From assembly GCA_900317155.1 (NCBI GenBank), contig ONFO01000021.1:73865-137864 (forward strand): a stretch of 64,000 nt of DNA, written 5' to 3'. The notes below the pieces were generated by a model that had not been told where the DNA came from, made no database searches, and saw nothing but the letters and a program-made list of their open reading frames with translations. Each line of letters opens with the position of its first letter. The stretch's first letter is position 1. Shown one piece after another: positions 35,409 through 45,234 of the stretch. This DNA is from an uncultured Bacteroidales bacterium. GTDB taxonomy: Bacteria > Bacteroidota > Bacteroidia > Bacteroidales > F082. Both the position numbers and the translations under genes were made by a program.

Positions 35409-36406
35409 TGACTTACGACCAGATCCTATCCGACATTCATAAGAAGAATTTCGCGCCCATCTATTTCCTGACGGGCGATGAGCCCTATTTCATCGACATG
35501 ATTTCCGACACCATCGAGAACGAGGCTCTGGATGAGGCCGACCGCGCCTTCAACCAAATCGTGGTTTATGGCCGCGACGTGGATGTGGAGACCATCGCCA
35601 ACCACGCCCGCAGCTTCCCGATGATGGGCGAACGCATGGTGGTCATAGTCAAGGAGGCCCAGGATGTGAAGGACTTGGAGAAATTTGAGGCTTATCTCGA
35701 TACCATTCCTGAGACCACGCTCCTTGTTTTCGTCTATAAATACAAGAAGTTCGACAAGCGCAAGACCCTGGCCAAGAAGATTGACAAGAAGGGCGTCTGG
35801 TTTGAGTCGAAGAAGCTGTACGACAGCAACATCCCAGGCTGGATTCAGAATTACCTGAAAGCCGAAGGCTACAGCATCACGCCGAAGGCCACACAGATGT
35901 TAGCTGACTTTCTTGGCACCGACCTCCACAAAATCGCCAACGAACTGAAGAAACTCACCATCGCCCTGCCCAAGAACAAGAGCATCGATGACGCAGACGT
36001 GGAGCGCAACATCGGTATCTCGAAGGATTATAATGTCTTCGAGTTGCAGAATGCCATCGGTAGCCGCGACGTGCTGAAAGCCAACCGCATCGTGAACTAT
36101 TTCGGCGACAACGGCAAGGACAATCCGCTGTTGGTCACGGCGATAACGTTGTATGGTTATTTCACTAAAATCCTAAAGCTACATTTTGCCACCGACAAGT
36201 CGCAGGGCGCTTTGGCAAGTATGTTGGGCGTGAATCCTTATTTCGTAAAGGACTACCAGTTGGCTGCCCGCAACTATCCGCCTGGAGCCTGCATCCGTTG
36301 CATCTCCATCCTCCGCGAGTTCGACATGAAGTCGAAAGGCTATGAGAGTGGCGAGGTGAGCGAGAAGGACTTGTATAGAGAGATGATTTTCAAACTAATG
36401 CACTAA
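35408..36406 (+). CDS. holA: DNA polymerase III delta subunit
   Basis: N-terminus ...APIYFLTGDEPYFID at the typical length (332 aa). The start overlaps the previous stop. Confidence 0.85.
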   Translation: MTYDQILSDIHKKNFAPIYFLTGDEPYFIDMISDTIENEALDEADRAFNQIVVYGRDVDVETIANHARSFPMMGERMVVIVKEAQDVKDLEKFEAYLDTIPETTLLVFVYKYKKFDKRKTLAKKIDKKGVWFESKKLYDSNIPGWIQNYLKAEGYSITPKATQMLADFLGTDLHKIANELKKLTIALPKNKSIDDADVERNIGISKDYNVFELQNAIGSRDVLKANRIVNYFGDNGKDNPLLVTAITLYGYFTKILKLHFATDKSQGALASMLGVNPYFVKDYQLAARNYPPGACIRCISILREFDMKSKGYESGEVSEKDLYREMIFKLMH

Positions 36407-36411
36407 AGATT

Positions 36412-36864
36412 ATGCGTATTGTAGCACAACGAGTAACTCACGCATCCGTCACGATTGACGGCAAAGTGAAATCGGAAATCGGTTTGGGAATGCTGATACT
36501 GCTCGGCATAGAGGAAGCCGATACGCAAGAGGATGTGGAATGGCTCTGCACCAAACTCACCAAACTCCGCATCTTCGACGATGGCAACGACTCGATGAAC
36601 TTGGACATCAACCAAGTGGAAGGCTCGTTCCTCGTGGTGAGCCAGTTCACGCTCCATGCCTTAACCAAGAAAGGCAACCGCCCAAGCTTCATCCGTGCCG
36701 CCCGCCCCGAGCAGGCGATACCACTTTATGAATTGTTCCTAAAACGTCTCGCCGAAATCTCAGGCCGTGAGGTTCAAAGCGGTGAATTTGGTGCCATGAT
36801 GGCTGTAGAACTGCTTAATGATGGGCCGGTGACGATTTTGATGGACTCGAAGCGGAAAGAGTGA
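36412..36864 (+). CDS. dtd: D-aminoacyl-tRNA deacylase
   Basis: MRIVAQRV..ASV.IDG, SQFTL and GPVT motifs; 150 aa. Confidence 0.9.
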   Translation: MRIVAQRVTHASVTIDGKVKSEIGLGMLILLGIEEADTQEDVEWLCTKLTKLRIFDDGNDSMNLDINQVEGSFLVVSQFTLHALTKKGNRPSFIRAARPEQAIPLYELFLKRLAEISGREVQSGEFGAMMAVELLNDGPVTILMDSKRKE

Positions 36865-36867
36865 TTT

Positions 36868-36960
36868 TTTTCACGCAGAAAACGCAGAATTCACAGAACC
36901 TGTCGGACATATTCTTGTCGTCGCTTCGCGCTTCACACAATTCAGCGGATTCTGCGTGCG
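36868..36960. repeat. Palindromic intergenic repeat element, copy 2
   Basis: TTCACGCAGAA (36870-36880) ... TCGCTTCGCGCTTCA ... TTCTGCGTGC (36950-36959). Homologous to 29499-29592. Again fills a convergent-gene gap, here between dtd and the S8 peptidase. Confidence 0.8.
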
Positions 36961-36964
36961 AATA

Positions 36965-39055
36965 TTATTCCACCACAATTTTCCGCGTTTCGCCGCCCAA
37001 AGTCACAAAATACATTCCTTGCGGCAATACTAATTTTTCTTTTCCCTTGATTTCCTTGGTCAGGATGGTTTGGCCGAGGGCATTCGATATGGTCATATTG
37101 CCTGTGCCTTCAATGATAATATATCCCTTGGCAGGATTAGGATAGACTTTGAAGGTGCTTCTATGGTTCTCGCAAAGATGATCATAGGGCATCGTGCAAT
37201 ATACCGCTTCAGGACTCACTGGCGAGGCATAATGCGATCTTGTTTCCTTCTTGCGTTGAGTGAAAAAATAGGAAGTGTTTGGCATTAAGCCTTCAAATAC
37301 TGGAGATGGTTGCCACTCGCTGCCATTGATGTTATATTCACCATCTTCTATAGCAACAAGAGTTATGCTAGTGTCGGTGTTGCTCTCCATTTGTGGAGCT
37401 TCGGGCATGGGCTGTTCCGCTTTTTTGATAGGGCCAAAAAGAGGTGAAGTTATGGCTCCTGTGCAGTTTTCGGCCGTGACTTGCACACAGACTTTCTCGA
37501 AAATGTCATCTTCGGTCAAAGTGTAGGTTGAATAGACAGCTCCTTCGATAGCTGTTGTGTCTCTTCGCCATTGGTAATGCAACTCGCCTAAATCAGGAAT
37601 GGATGGCGTAGAACCCAAATTTGTTTCGGCGGTCAAGGTTTCTCCGAAGAAAGGTTCTCCAGAAATATTGACTTCGCCTGTTAAAGTGGGTATAATGCTG
37701 TCATATAAAACACTTTCGATTGCACCGTAGGCATTCAATCGCCTTCCTGAGGCAACCAAACCATCGAGCGAAGGCAAGTGGTCGGCACCGTTAAGAAGGT
37801 GATGCCTCATTGAAAGACAGAAATTTGCTGGGTCGTTTTTGCATGCTATCATCATCTCCTCGGGCAAGGCAGCATACATCAGTGCAATGGTTCCAGAGAC
37901 TTGTGGAGTGGCCATTGAGGTTCCAGTCATATTGCCGTAATTGTTGTTAGGAAGTGTAGAATAGATAGATGTGCCGGGTGCACCAAGGTCGATGTTGTTG
38001 ACACCATATCCAGCGTTTCCATATTTTTTGTCGGAAGAAGTGGTGTTGGTGATGCCTATGAGATAATTTCCAGGACAGGCGGATGGGACATCACCCACCA
38101 CATCAACATTCACATTCATGTTGGGACCGGCGCCGCAACTCAAAATGCCGACATTGCCCATCTCGTCATACATTGAGCACCAGATAGGATAATCGTCAGG
38201 ATTCCCGTAATCGACCCCAAAAGAAGAATTAGTAGCCACGATGAAAGCACCTTCCTCTCCATCAGTTTCATTGTACCGCGCACGCATCTCCAAAACATAG
38301 GAATAGGCTTCTACAACGATAGACTCGTTACTCGAACTGCCGCCGATGGGCATGATTTTTACATTCCAATTCACGCCGCAAACGCCTTTTCCATTGTTTC
38401 CGACAGCACCGATGATGCCCGAAACATGAGTGCCATGGTTGTTGCTGCCGACATATCCGTTATGGTTGTATGCGTTCCAACCGTGATAGTCGTCGATATA
38501 ACCGTTGCCATCGTCATCGATGTAATTGTTGGGAATCTCATGGGTGTTCACCCAGCAATTCAGGTCTTCATGGGTCCAATCAGCACCCCCGTCGATGACT
38601 GCAACCACGATGGTGTCGCCAGTCGCCGTGACACCGCCTGTGGTAAATTCCTCCCAGGCTTGCGGCAGGTTCATAATGGCAGGTGCCCATTGTTGGCCAA
38701 AGAAGGGATCGTCTGGAATCGCTTCGCGTAATGTGATGTTGGTATGGTTGTTTTGTATGACACGCACATCGGGATTCTTCGATAGTTGCTCCATCTTTAA
38801 TTCTCGTGATATAGCCTTGTCATCAATTTCGAAAAGCCAGATGTTCAGTCTTTTGGATAGCATTCTTTTTGGCGTGATTCCTGCATTCGAATTGGTGGCA
38901 AAAGTCGCGGCATCCACATCTTGCTCTAGCCAGATGATGAATTCGTTCTCCACATAGGTGGTTGATTCTTGGCTTTGCTCTGGCTCCTGCGCGTATGAAA
39001 ACACGGACAAAGCCATTAAGGCCAAGATGAATAGTGGTTTAATGATTGATTTCAT
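36965..39055 (-). CDS. S8 (subtilisin-family) serine peptidase with T9SS C-terminal sorting domain
   Basis: Catalytic triad motifs VAVIDGG, HGTHVSG and GTSMATPQVSG. Signal peptide present. The C-terminal domain is FKVYPNPAKGYIIIEG...GMYFVTLGGETRKIVVE. Confidence 0.9.
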   Translation of the reverse strand: MKSIIKPLFILALMALSVFSYAQEPEQSQESTTYVENEFIIWLEQDVDAATFATNSNAGITPKRMLSKRLNIWLFEIDDKAISRELKMEQLSKNPDVRVIQNNHTNITLREAIPDDPFFGQQWAPAIMNLPQAWEEFTTGGVTATGDTIVVAVIDGGADWTHEDLNCWVNTHEIPNNYIDDDGNGYIDDYHGWNAYNHNGYVGSNNHGTHVSGIIGAVGNNGKGVCGVNWNVKIMPIGGSSSNESIVVEAYSYVLEMRARYNETDGEEGAFIVATNSSFGVDYGNPDDYPIWCSMYDEMGNVGILSCGAGPNMNVNVDVVGDVPSACPGNYLIGITNTTSSDKKYGNAGYGVNNIDLGAPGTSIYSTLPNNNYGNMTGTSMATPQVSGTIALMYAALPEEMMIACKNDPANFCLSMRHHLLNGADHLPSLDGLVASGRRLNAYGAIESVLYDSIIPTLTGEVNISGEPFFGETLTAETNLGSTPSIPDLGELHYQWRRDTTAIEGAVYSTYTLTEDDIFEKVCVQVTAENCTGAITSPLFGPIKKAEQPMPEAPQMESNTDTSITLVAIEDGEYNINGSEWQPSPVFEGLMPNTSYFFTQRKKETRSHYASPVSPEAVYCTMPYDHLCENHRSTFKVYPNPAKGYIIIEGTGNMTISNALGQTILTKEIKGKEKLVLPQGMYFVTLGGETRKIVVE

Positions 39056-39143
39056 GGGAATGTTATTATTTATGTTTCAGTTCGCAAAAATAAACATTTT
39101 CAGTTTACTGAACTCTTTTCCGAAAGATTTCAAAAGAATTGCC

Positions 39144-39151
39144 TATTTTTG
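39144..39151 (+). promoter_or_regulatory. -7 promoter box TATTTTTG
   Basis: TAnnTTTG, 60 nt upstream of the rbfA ATG (39211). Confidence 0.5.
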
Positions 39152-39210
39152 CACTTTCATAAATTTTTGAATCTTAAATCTTTAAATTTTGAATCTTTGA
39201 ATTTGGAGTT

Positions 39211-39555
39211 ATGGAAGGAAAGCGATTAGAAAAAGTAAACAAACTGCTACTGAAAGAATTAGGCGATATATTCCAGAAGGAACTGAAACCAAAAGTGCCT
39301 TCGCTGATGATTACCGTGACCCGAGTCAATGTCACTTCCGACTTGTCGTATGCGCGTGTGTATCTGAGCGTGTTTGGCGTGGATGAGAAGAAAAAGGTCG
39401 TGGAGGAGGTAGGCCAAAACGCTAAAGCCATCCGGGGCTTGCTGGGCAACCGTATCCGTCACCAGATGCGCGTGGTGCCTGAGTTGCGTTTCATCGAGGA
39501 CGATTCGCTCGACTATATCGAAAACATCGATAACCTGCTGCATCCCGAAAAGTGA
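39211..39555 (+). CDS. rbfA: Ribosome-binding factor A
   Basis: R.EKVN.LL.KELG.I......ITVT.V.V..DLS.A.VY.S pattern; 114 aa. Confidence 0.85.
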   Translation: MEGKRLEKVNKLLLKELGDIFQKELKPKVPSLMITVTRVNVTSDLSYARVYLSVFGVDEKKKVVEEVGQNAKAIRGLLGNRIRHQMRVVPELRFIEDDSLDYIENIDNLLHPEK

Positions 39556-40778
39556 GACTGCCGCTATTCATAGCAAACCGTTATCTGCTGGCCAAAAAGA
39601 GCCACAACCTCATTAATATCATCACGTGGATTTCCATTTTGGGTATTAGTGTCGGCTCGTTTGCGCTTATTGTGGTGCTGTCGGCATTCAATGGCTTGGA
39701 GAAGGTTATTTCTTCGATGAACAACCGCCTCACACCTGACCTGCAGATCGCACCGGTGAAAGGCAAGACCATCGACTTGACAGCTTTTCCATTAGGTCAA
39801 CTCAAAGATATTCAAGGTGTTGATTATGTGATTCCAACAATTACCGAAGATGCACTTTTTCGTGCTAACGACAAGCAGCATATTGGGCAGGTGAAGGGTG
39901 TTGGCTTGGAGTACCAAAAGGTTGCTCGTTTGAAAGAAGTTGTTTTCGGTGGTGGTGATTTGGTTCTTTCAGATGAGGATGAACATTATTTCGCTATTCC
40001 CGGCGCAGGTGTGGCGTGGTATCTTGGTATTAATGCCTACAACCCATACGCAATGGTGCGCATTTATGTGCCCAAGCGTGGCAATGCCTCGCTGATGAGC
40101 CTCGAAAACAGTTTCAACTCCGATGTGCTGACTGTGCGTAGTGTCTTCTCCACTGAGCAAGAACAAGATGAAAAACTCGTACTTGTTCCTTTCGATTGGC
40201 TCTCGGAACTACTTGAATATGAGAATAAAGCTACGAATGTGGAACTTTTCGTTGCCCCAAACGCCGATATTAACAAGGTGAAAAAGGAAGTAAAAGCCGC
40301 GATAGGGGAGGACTTTACAGTGAAAAACCAACAAGAGCAGCAAGAAACGCTTTACCGAATCATGCGTTCCGAGAAATGGGCGGTCTATGTCATCCTCACT
40401 TTCATCCTGATTTTGGCCACATTCAATGTAGTTGGGTCGCTTTCCATGCTAATGATCGACAAGCGCAAGGATACTGAAATCCTAAAATCCATGGGAGCCG
40501 ACAAGCACTTGATTCAGCGCATTTTCCTCAATGAAGGCTTGCTGATTTCCGTGGCGGGTGGCATCATCGGCTTGCTGTTGGGCATCATTTTGGTGCTTTT
40601 GCAGCAGCAGTTCGGTTTCGTGAAGTTTGGCACGGGCGGCAACTATGTGGTGGAAGCCTATCCCGTGCTTTTGAAGTTGAAAGACGTATTGCTCATTTTC
40701 GCCACCATCCTCGTGGTGGGTTGCACTTCGGCCTTCCTCACGGTGCGCCATGCCATGCGGAAAGAGGTCAAAATTTAA
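39552..40778 (+). CDS. FtsX-like ABC transporter permease (LolE-like)
   Basis: N-terminus FIANRYLLAKKSHNLINIITWISILGI plus a C-terminal 3-TM FtsX domain. The GTG start overlaps the rbfA stop (GTGA). Confidence 0.8.
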   Translation: MRLPLFIANRYLLAKKSHNLINIITWISILGISVGSFALIVVLSAFNGLEKVISSMNNRLTPDLQIAPVKGKTIDLTAFPLGQLKDIQGVDYVIPTITEDALFRANDKQHIGQVKGVGLEYQKVARLKEVVFGGGDLVLSDEDEHYFAIPGAGVAWYLGINAYNPYAMVRIYVPKRGNASLMSLENSFNSDVLTVRSVFSTEQEQDEKLVLVPFDWLSELLEYENKATNVELFVAPNADINKVKKEVKAAIGEDFTVKNQQEQQETLYRIMRSEKWAVYVILTFILILATFNVVGSLSMLMIDKRKDTEILKSMGADKHLIQRIFLNEGLLISVAGGIIGLLLGIILVLLQQQFGFVKFGTGGNYVVEAYPVLLKLKDVLLIFATILVVGCTSAFLTVRHAMRKEVKI

Positions 40779-40939
40779 GGTTTTGTCCGCCTCAAGAACT
40801 ATATTTTTCATCCACCAAAATTGTAAAACTTGTTTTTTTGTCCGATTGATTTTCAGTTATTTATGATTTTTCTACGGAAAAATACTTGTAAAAACCGAAA
40901 AGAAGGCTGTAATTTTGGCAATCGCTTTTTTCCTTGCGC

Positions 40940-40947
40940 TACCTTTG
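40940..40947 (+). promoter_or_regulatory. -7 promoter box TACCTTTG
   Basis: TAnnTTTG, 57 nt upstream of ATG 41004. Confidence 0.5.
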
Positions 40948-41003
40948 CGCCAAAATTTGGTTTTATAAAACAAGCAAATACATTATTCCGTAATTTTGCC
41001 CTT

Positions 41004-42707
41004 ATGAAAATAAGTCATTTGATTTTTGGTAGTCTGTTGCTGGCCTTGGTTGCCTGCAACCCGTCACAACGCGAGGCGAAACGCTTGCTCCGCCAAGCCG
41101 AAAGCATTGTAGAAACCCATCCCGATAGTGCCTTGCGACTCATTGATAGTGTGATGCATTTGGAAATCTATTTCACCGAAGACGAGCGCATGGAGATGGC
41201 TTTGCTGCAAGGTCGCGCCATCTACGGTGCCGACCGCGATGCCACCGATCCAACTCAATCAAACGGCAACTTCTTGTTAGATAAGGTAATGAACCACATA
41301 TACACCTCGCCCGACCTCGACCACGCTTCTGCTTATTTTGCCCAAAAAGGTCAACCCCAGAAGGCGGCTTTGGCCGCGCTTTACAAAGGTTACGACTTGC
41401 AGACGATTTATGCCGATAGTTTGGCCTTGCTATCTTTTGAGGAAGCCACGAAATATGGCCTTCGTGCAGGTGACAGTCTGACCATTGCTCGCGCCTTTTT
41501 CCAGATGGGACGGCATTTGCACTGGATGGATAAATACAAGGAAGCCGCCGCTGCCTTAGACTCTGCCGACCGTTATTTCGGCCATCACCTTTATGAAAGA
41601 GCCTTCGTGCAGAATATGTTAGGCTTGAATTACCAGTTTTTGAATGATTTCGACAATGCCACGCTCGCTTTTGCCCAAAGCATTGATTTTGCATTTGAAA
41701 GCGGCAATGAAGATGCCCAGTGGCGTGCTATGTTCAACCAAGGAATAATGTTAGGCGACAAGCATTTTGATAACAGGGATGTTGGGATCCTGCTTTTGAA
41801 ACAATTGGAGACAGAAGACACTGGATTGAAACTGGCAACCAAGGCATACGGCATAAAAGAATTGTTTTTTGATCATAATGTCAGACACGATATTAAGCCA
41901 TTAAGCGACGATTCGACTGGTTATTATCTCCGAATTTGGGCGAGGGCAAAGTCGCGCAGTCAAAAGTATAAATTTAGTGGTGATGACTTGTTTTCTTGTT
42001 ATGGCCGACAACATGATCTTGTCCCTGTTTTTTTGTCGCATCGGATTATATCCGACGAAACATACTATGGTGCGAAATTTGGCGTGGTGCGAAATTATTG
42101 CCGTCAGCAACAACAAAACGATTATTTGAACTTGCGAAATATGATGGCTGAAAAGCAACTGCAAAAGCAGCATAAAACATTGGTTTTCTGCATCGTGGCT
42201 TTATTTGCACTAATAATAGGTGCGCTGCTGTTTTGGCTGAAACGCAAGCCGAAAGCGGAAACGGTTGAAACCCCAATGGAAGAACCAAAACCGGAAATCC
42301 AAGTGACGGAACCGAAGCAGCCCGAGGAGAATCCATTTGTGAAACAGGAACTTACGACCCGCCTCCGCCTGATTCTATTCGCCTCCCGCATTGAGAAAAA
42401 CGCCTACGACCCCAAAATGGAGTGGAAACCTTTGGTGCGACAGGTGATGAACGGGAAGGAGATCGCATTCGAGAGTGCCGCGTCCATCATCGAGGCGGCC
42501 TATCCTGGCTTGCAGTCAATGATTGCAGAGCAATTCCCCGACCTAAACGAAACCGATGCCAAGGTGTGTCTGCTTTCGTGTAGCGGCCTCTCCAACGCTG
42601 AAATGGGCGACCTGCTCGGTTTGAGCGTCTATTCTATCAACAAAAGCCGCAGCGAATTGCGCAAAAAATTGGGTTTCGAGCCTGACGAATTGAAGAACCG
42701 CTTGTAA
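41004..42707 (+). CDS. Membrane-spanning one-component regulator: exported TPR-like sensor region, one TM helix, cytoplasmic LuxR-type HTH
   Basis: Signal/lipobox MKISHLIFGSLLLALVAC, TM segment TLVFCIVALFALIIGALLFWL followed by KRKPK, and C-terminal HTH LSNAEMGDLLGLSVYSINKSRSELRKKLG. Confidence 0.7.
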   Translation: MKISHLIFGSLLLALVACNPSQREAKRLLRQAESIVETHPDSALRLIDSVMHLEIYFTEDERMEMALLQGRAIYGADRDATDPTQSNGNFLLDKVMNHIYTSPDLDHASAYFAQKGQPQKAALAALYKGYDLQTIYADSLALLSFEEATKYGLRAGDSLTIARAFFQMGRHLHWMDKYKEAAAALDSADRYFGHHLYERAFVQNMLGLNYQFLNDFDNATLAFAQSIDFAFESGNEDAQWRAMFNQGIMLGDKHFDNRDVGILLLKQLETEDTGLKLATKAYGIKELFFDHNVRHDIKPLSDDSTGYYLRIWARAKSRSQKYKFSGDDLFSCYGRQHDLVPVFLSHRIISDETYYGAKFGVVRNYCRQQQQNDYLNLRNMMAEKQLQKQHKTLVFCIVALFALIIGALLFWLKRKPKAETVETPMEEPKPEIQVTEPKQPEENPFVKQELTTRLRLILFASRIEKNAYDPKMEWKPLVRQVMNGKEIAFESAASIIEAAYPGLQSMIAEQFPDLNETDAKVCLLSCSGLSNAEMGDLLGLSVYSINKSRSELRKKLGFEPDELKNRL

Positions 42708-42819
42708 TTTCACTTCCTTATCTTATTGTTTTTTAGTTGTTTGCAAATCATTATTAAAGAAAGATTTGTAAGCCGCCAAATCAAAACTGTAATCCCGTTG
42801 ACAGGTCATCGGCTTGGGC

Positions 42820-42827
42820 TACTTTTG
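42820..42827 (+). promoter_or_regulatory. -7 promoter box TACTTTTG
   Basis: TAnnTTTG, 46 nt upstream of ATG 42873. Confidence 0.55.
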
Positions 42828-42872
42828 CCACAAAATCAACAATTAAACAGTTAAACAATCAACGATTCAACA

Positions 42873-45233
42873 ATGAAACACATTCCAACTTTAACACTTA
42901 TGCTAATGCTTTCAATGGCAGGCATAGCCCAGACCCATACGTTGAGCGGCACGGTCTGTGACGAACAAGGAACCTTGCCCTACGCCACCGTTATGGTATG
43001 GCAAGGCAACGACACGGTGAAAGCCACTTACGGCATTACCAACAAGCAAGGCGACTTTGCACTACACGGCCTAAAGGAAGGCCAATACAAAGGCTTGGTG
43101 AAGTTCACGGGCTTTGCGCATCTGCCTTTCTCGATCAATCTTGACAAAGATGTGCACTTGGACACGTTACGCCTACAGCCCGACGTGCATCAACTGAATG
43201 AGGTGCAAGTAACCGCCTCCAAGGTCTTTGAGGACAAGTTCGACAAACTGAAAATGAACATCAGCGAACTGAAACTGCCGCCTGCGGCCACTTACATTGA
43301 CGCGCTGCAGGAAATCCCCGGCTCGTTCTACAAGGTGAGCGAGAACACGCTGACCGTCCTGAACAAGCCAGTGCTCGTGCTACTTAACGGCAGGCCGCTT
43401 CGCGTTTCGTTCAGCCAAATCACCGATATGCTGCAAGGCGAAAAGGCCGAGGATATCGCCGAGGTGGAAATTATGTACGAAACGCCGCCACGCTTCGCGG
43501 GCGAGTGGGATGGCCCTGTGGTGAACATCATCACGAAGAAGAACTTGGCCACGGGTTTCTACGGCAGCGTTTCAGGCGACCTGCAACTGCGCAAACGCCT
43601 TGGTGCGAGGTCGTCGCTCAATCTCAATTTCAGAACATTGAAAACCAACACCTATCTGTATTTGTCGCAAAACTACAATCCGAAGGAGTATTCCTATCGC
43701 TATTGGCAGTATCGCGAGGGTGGCGACACGCTGATGCGGCGCGAGGCAAACCATACCAGCAATATGAACTCCTATTATTTGAACACGGGCACAGGCATCC
43801 AGTTTGACGACAACAACTCATTGGACATCAACTTCTCGGGAGACCTCGATTTCGACCACGACAACATTGATGAGTATATCCTCGACCGAGGAACGGCCAT
43901 CCATTCCACCGACACGGCGCGGAACGACTCGCGTTCTTATTGGGGCGACATCTATTACAAGCACAACTTCAACGACCCCAAGCATTACATCACCGTGGAT
44001 GCCAACTTGAGCCGCAACCTCAATGAGTCGGGCAACCTGCGCCAATACAACTATTTGCTTGATTCGGTGACTTACAACCGTGATGCTTCGCCCTATTCCG
44101 GTTGGCTTTTCTCGACCCGCGCCGACTATACCCGTGAATGGGACAAAATCCGAATCCAATCTGGTCTCTCTTACAACTATTCCGATTTGGAAAATGATTT
44201 CAGTTATGAAAATCTCATTGACGGCGTATGGCAACCTGACACTTTGGTAACCAACGATTTCAATTACAAGGAGAACTCCTTCATGGGCTATTTCATTTTT
44301 GACCATCAGGTGAGCGAGAAGTTCAGTTATGCCCTCACGCTTACCGATTCGTATGTGCGGACTTTAGGCGTCTCGGAGACCACAGGAATCAAAACACCGT
44401 ACAACTACAATGTCGTCCGTCCTTATTTCACCTTGCGTTACAAACCTCATGATGATCATTTCTTCACATTTGACTATGGGCGTTATTATACGAAGCCCAA
44501 TTTCACTTATTTGAATCCGTTCCGCAGATATGAAAGCCCTGTCTTTTATGTGGAGGGCAACCCCAACCTGAAGCCTTGCCTATATGATGCTGTCACTTTT
44601 AAGTATCGCTATCGTTATTGGCTGAATTTCGCCGTTTCGTACATGCATGTCGCGGATTATGTGTTGCAAGTGCCGCAATTGGATGCCGACGGCGCCACCA
44701 TCGGCTACACCTACGGCAATTTCGGCAAGAGAGACGAATTGTTGTTCATTCTGAATATGTCGAAAAGGTTCTTCGACAACCGGTTGAACATAGGTTTATT
44801 TGGTCAGGCGAAATATGAGAATTACAACAGCAGCGATGCCCTCGACTACCGCAATTCATTGTGGAGTTACTTTGGCGACCTTAATTTCTCGTATGTGCTC
44901 ATCAAGAAATACGATGTGGAATTGGGCGGCTATGCTTTGTACTATTCTTCGCATCTCAGTGGCTATGCCAAGACACAAGGTCATCCCAAGATGGGCTTGG
45001 ACCTTTCGGCAAGGTTCCTTGACGGCAACCTGCAAACCACGCTCAGCGTGAACGATGTGTTCAACACCGATATCAATAACCGTGAGAGTTTGTTGAATGG
45101 TATCGTCTCAAAAAGTGATAACATCATAGATGCGCGCTACATCCGCTTTTCCGTGCGCTACAGTTTCAATCGTAAGAACCTGAAGCGTTTCGAGAACCAT
45201 CAGGGGAGCAATGCGGATAGCGGTAGGTTGTGA
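42873..45233 (+). CDS. Outer-membrane beta-barrel protein with N-terminal carboxypeptidase-regulatory-like domain (TonB-dependent-receptor-like family)
   Basis: Signal peptide, then the CarboxypepD_reg-like segment LSGTVCDEQGTLPYATVMVW, then a long Tyr/Asn-rich beta-strand region. Confidence 0.75.
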   Translation: MKHIPTLTLMLMLSMAGIAQTHTLSGTVCDEQGTLPYATVMVWQGNDTVKATYGITNKQGDFALHGLKEGQYKGLVKFTGFAHLPFSINLDKDVHLDTLRLQPDVHQLNEVQVTASKVFEDKFDKLKMNISELKLPPAATYIDALQEIPGSFYKVSENTLTVLNKPVLVLLNGRPLRVSFSQITDMLQGEKAEDIAEVEIMYETPPRFAGEWDGPVVNIITKKNLATGFYGSVSGDLQLRKRLGARSSLNLNFRTLKTNTYLYLSQNYNPKEYSYRYWQYREGGDTLMRREANHTSNMNSYYLNTGTGIQFDDNNSLDINFSGDLDFDHDNIDEYILDRGTAIHSTDTARNDSRSYWGDIYYKHNFNDPKHYITVDANLSRNLNESGNLRQYNYLLDSVTYNRDASPYSGWLFSTRADYTREWDKIRIQSGLSYNYSDLENDFSYENLIDGVWQPDTLVTNDFNYKENSFMGYFIFDHQVSEKFSYALTLTDSYVRTLGVSETTGIKTPYNYNVVRPYFTLRYKPHDDHFFTFDYGRYYTKPNFTYLNPFRRYESPVFYVEGNPNLKPCLYDAVTFKYRYRYWLNFAVSYMHVADYVLQVPQLDADGATIGYTYGNFGKRDELLFILNMSKRFFDNRLNIGLFGQAKYENYNSSDALDYRNSLWSYFGDLNFSYVLIKKYDVELGGYALYYSSHLSGYAKTQGHPKMGLDLSARFLDGNLQTTLSVNDVFNTDINNRESLLNGIVSKSDNIIDARYIRFSVRYSFNRKNLKRFENHQGSNADSGRL

Positions 45234-45234
45234 T

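Noticed and set aside
40830-41003. N-terminal extensions given by the ORF track. Examples: 40830 for the TPR-HTH gene, 33843 for the beta-lactamase-like gene, 62227 for sppA, 62243 for folK, 27630 for the acyltransferase, 51018 for the STN protein.
   Set aside because: The extensions run through or upstream of TAnnTTTG promoter boxes and precede obvious signal peptides or conserved N-termini. I chose the internal ATGs instead.
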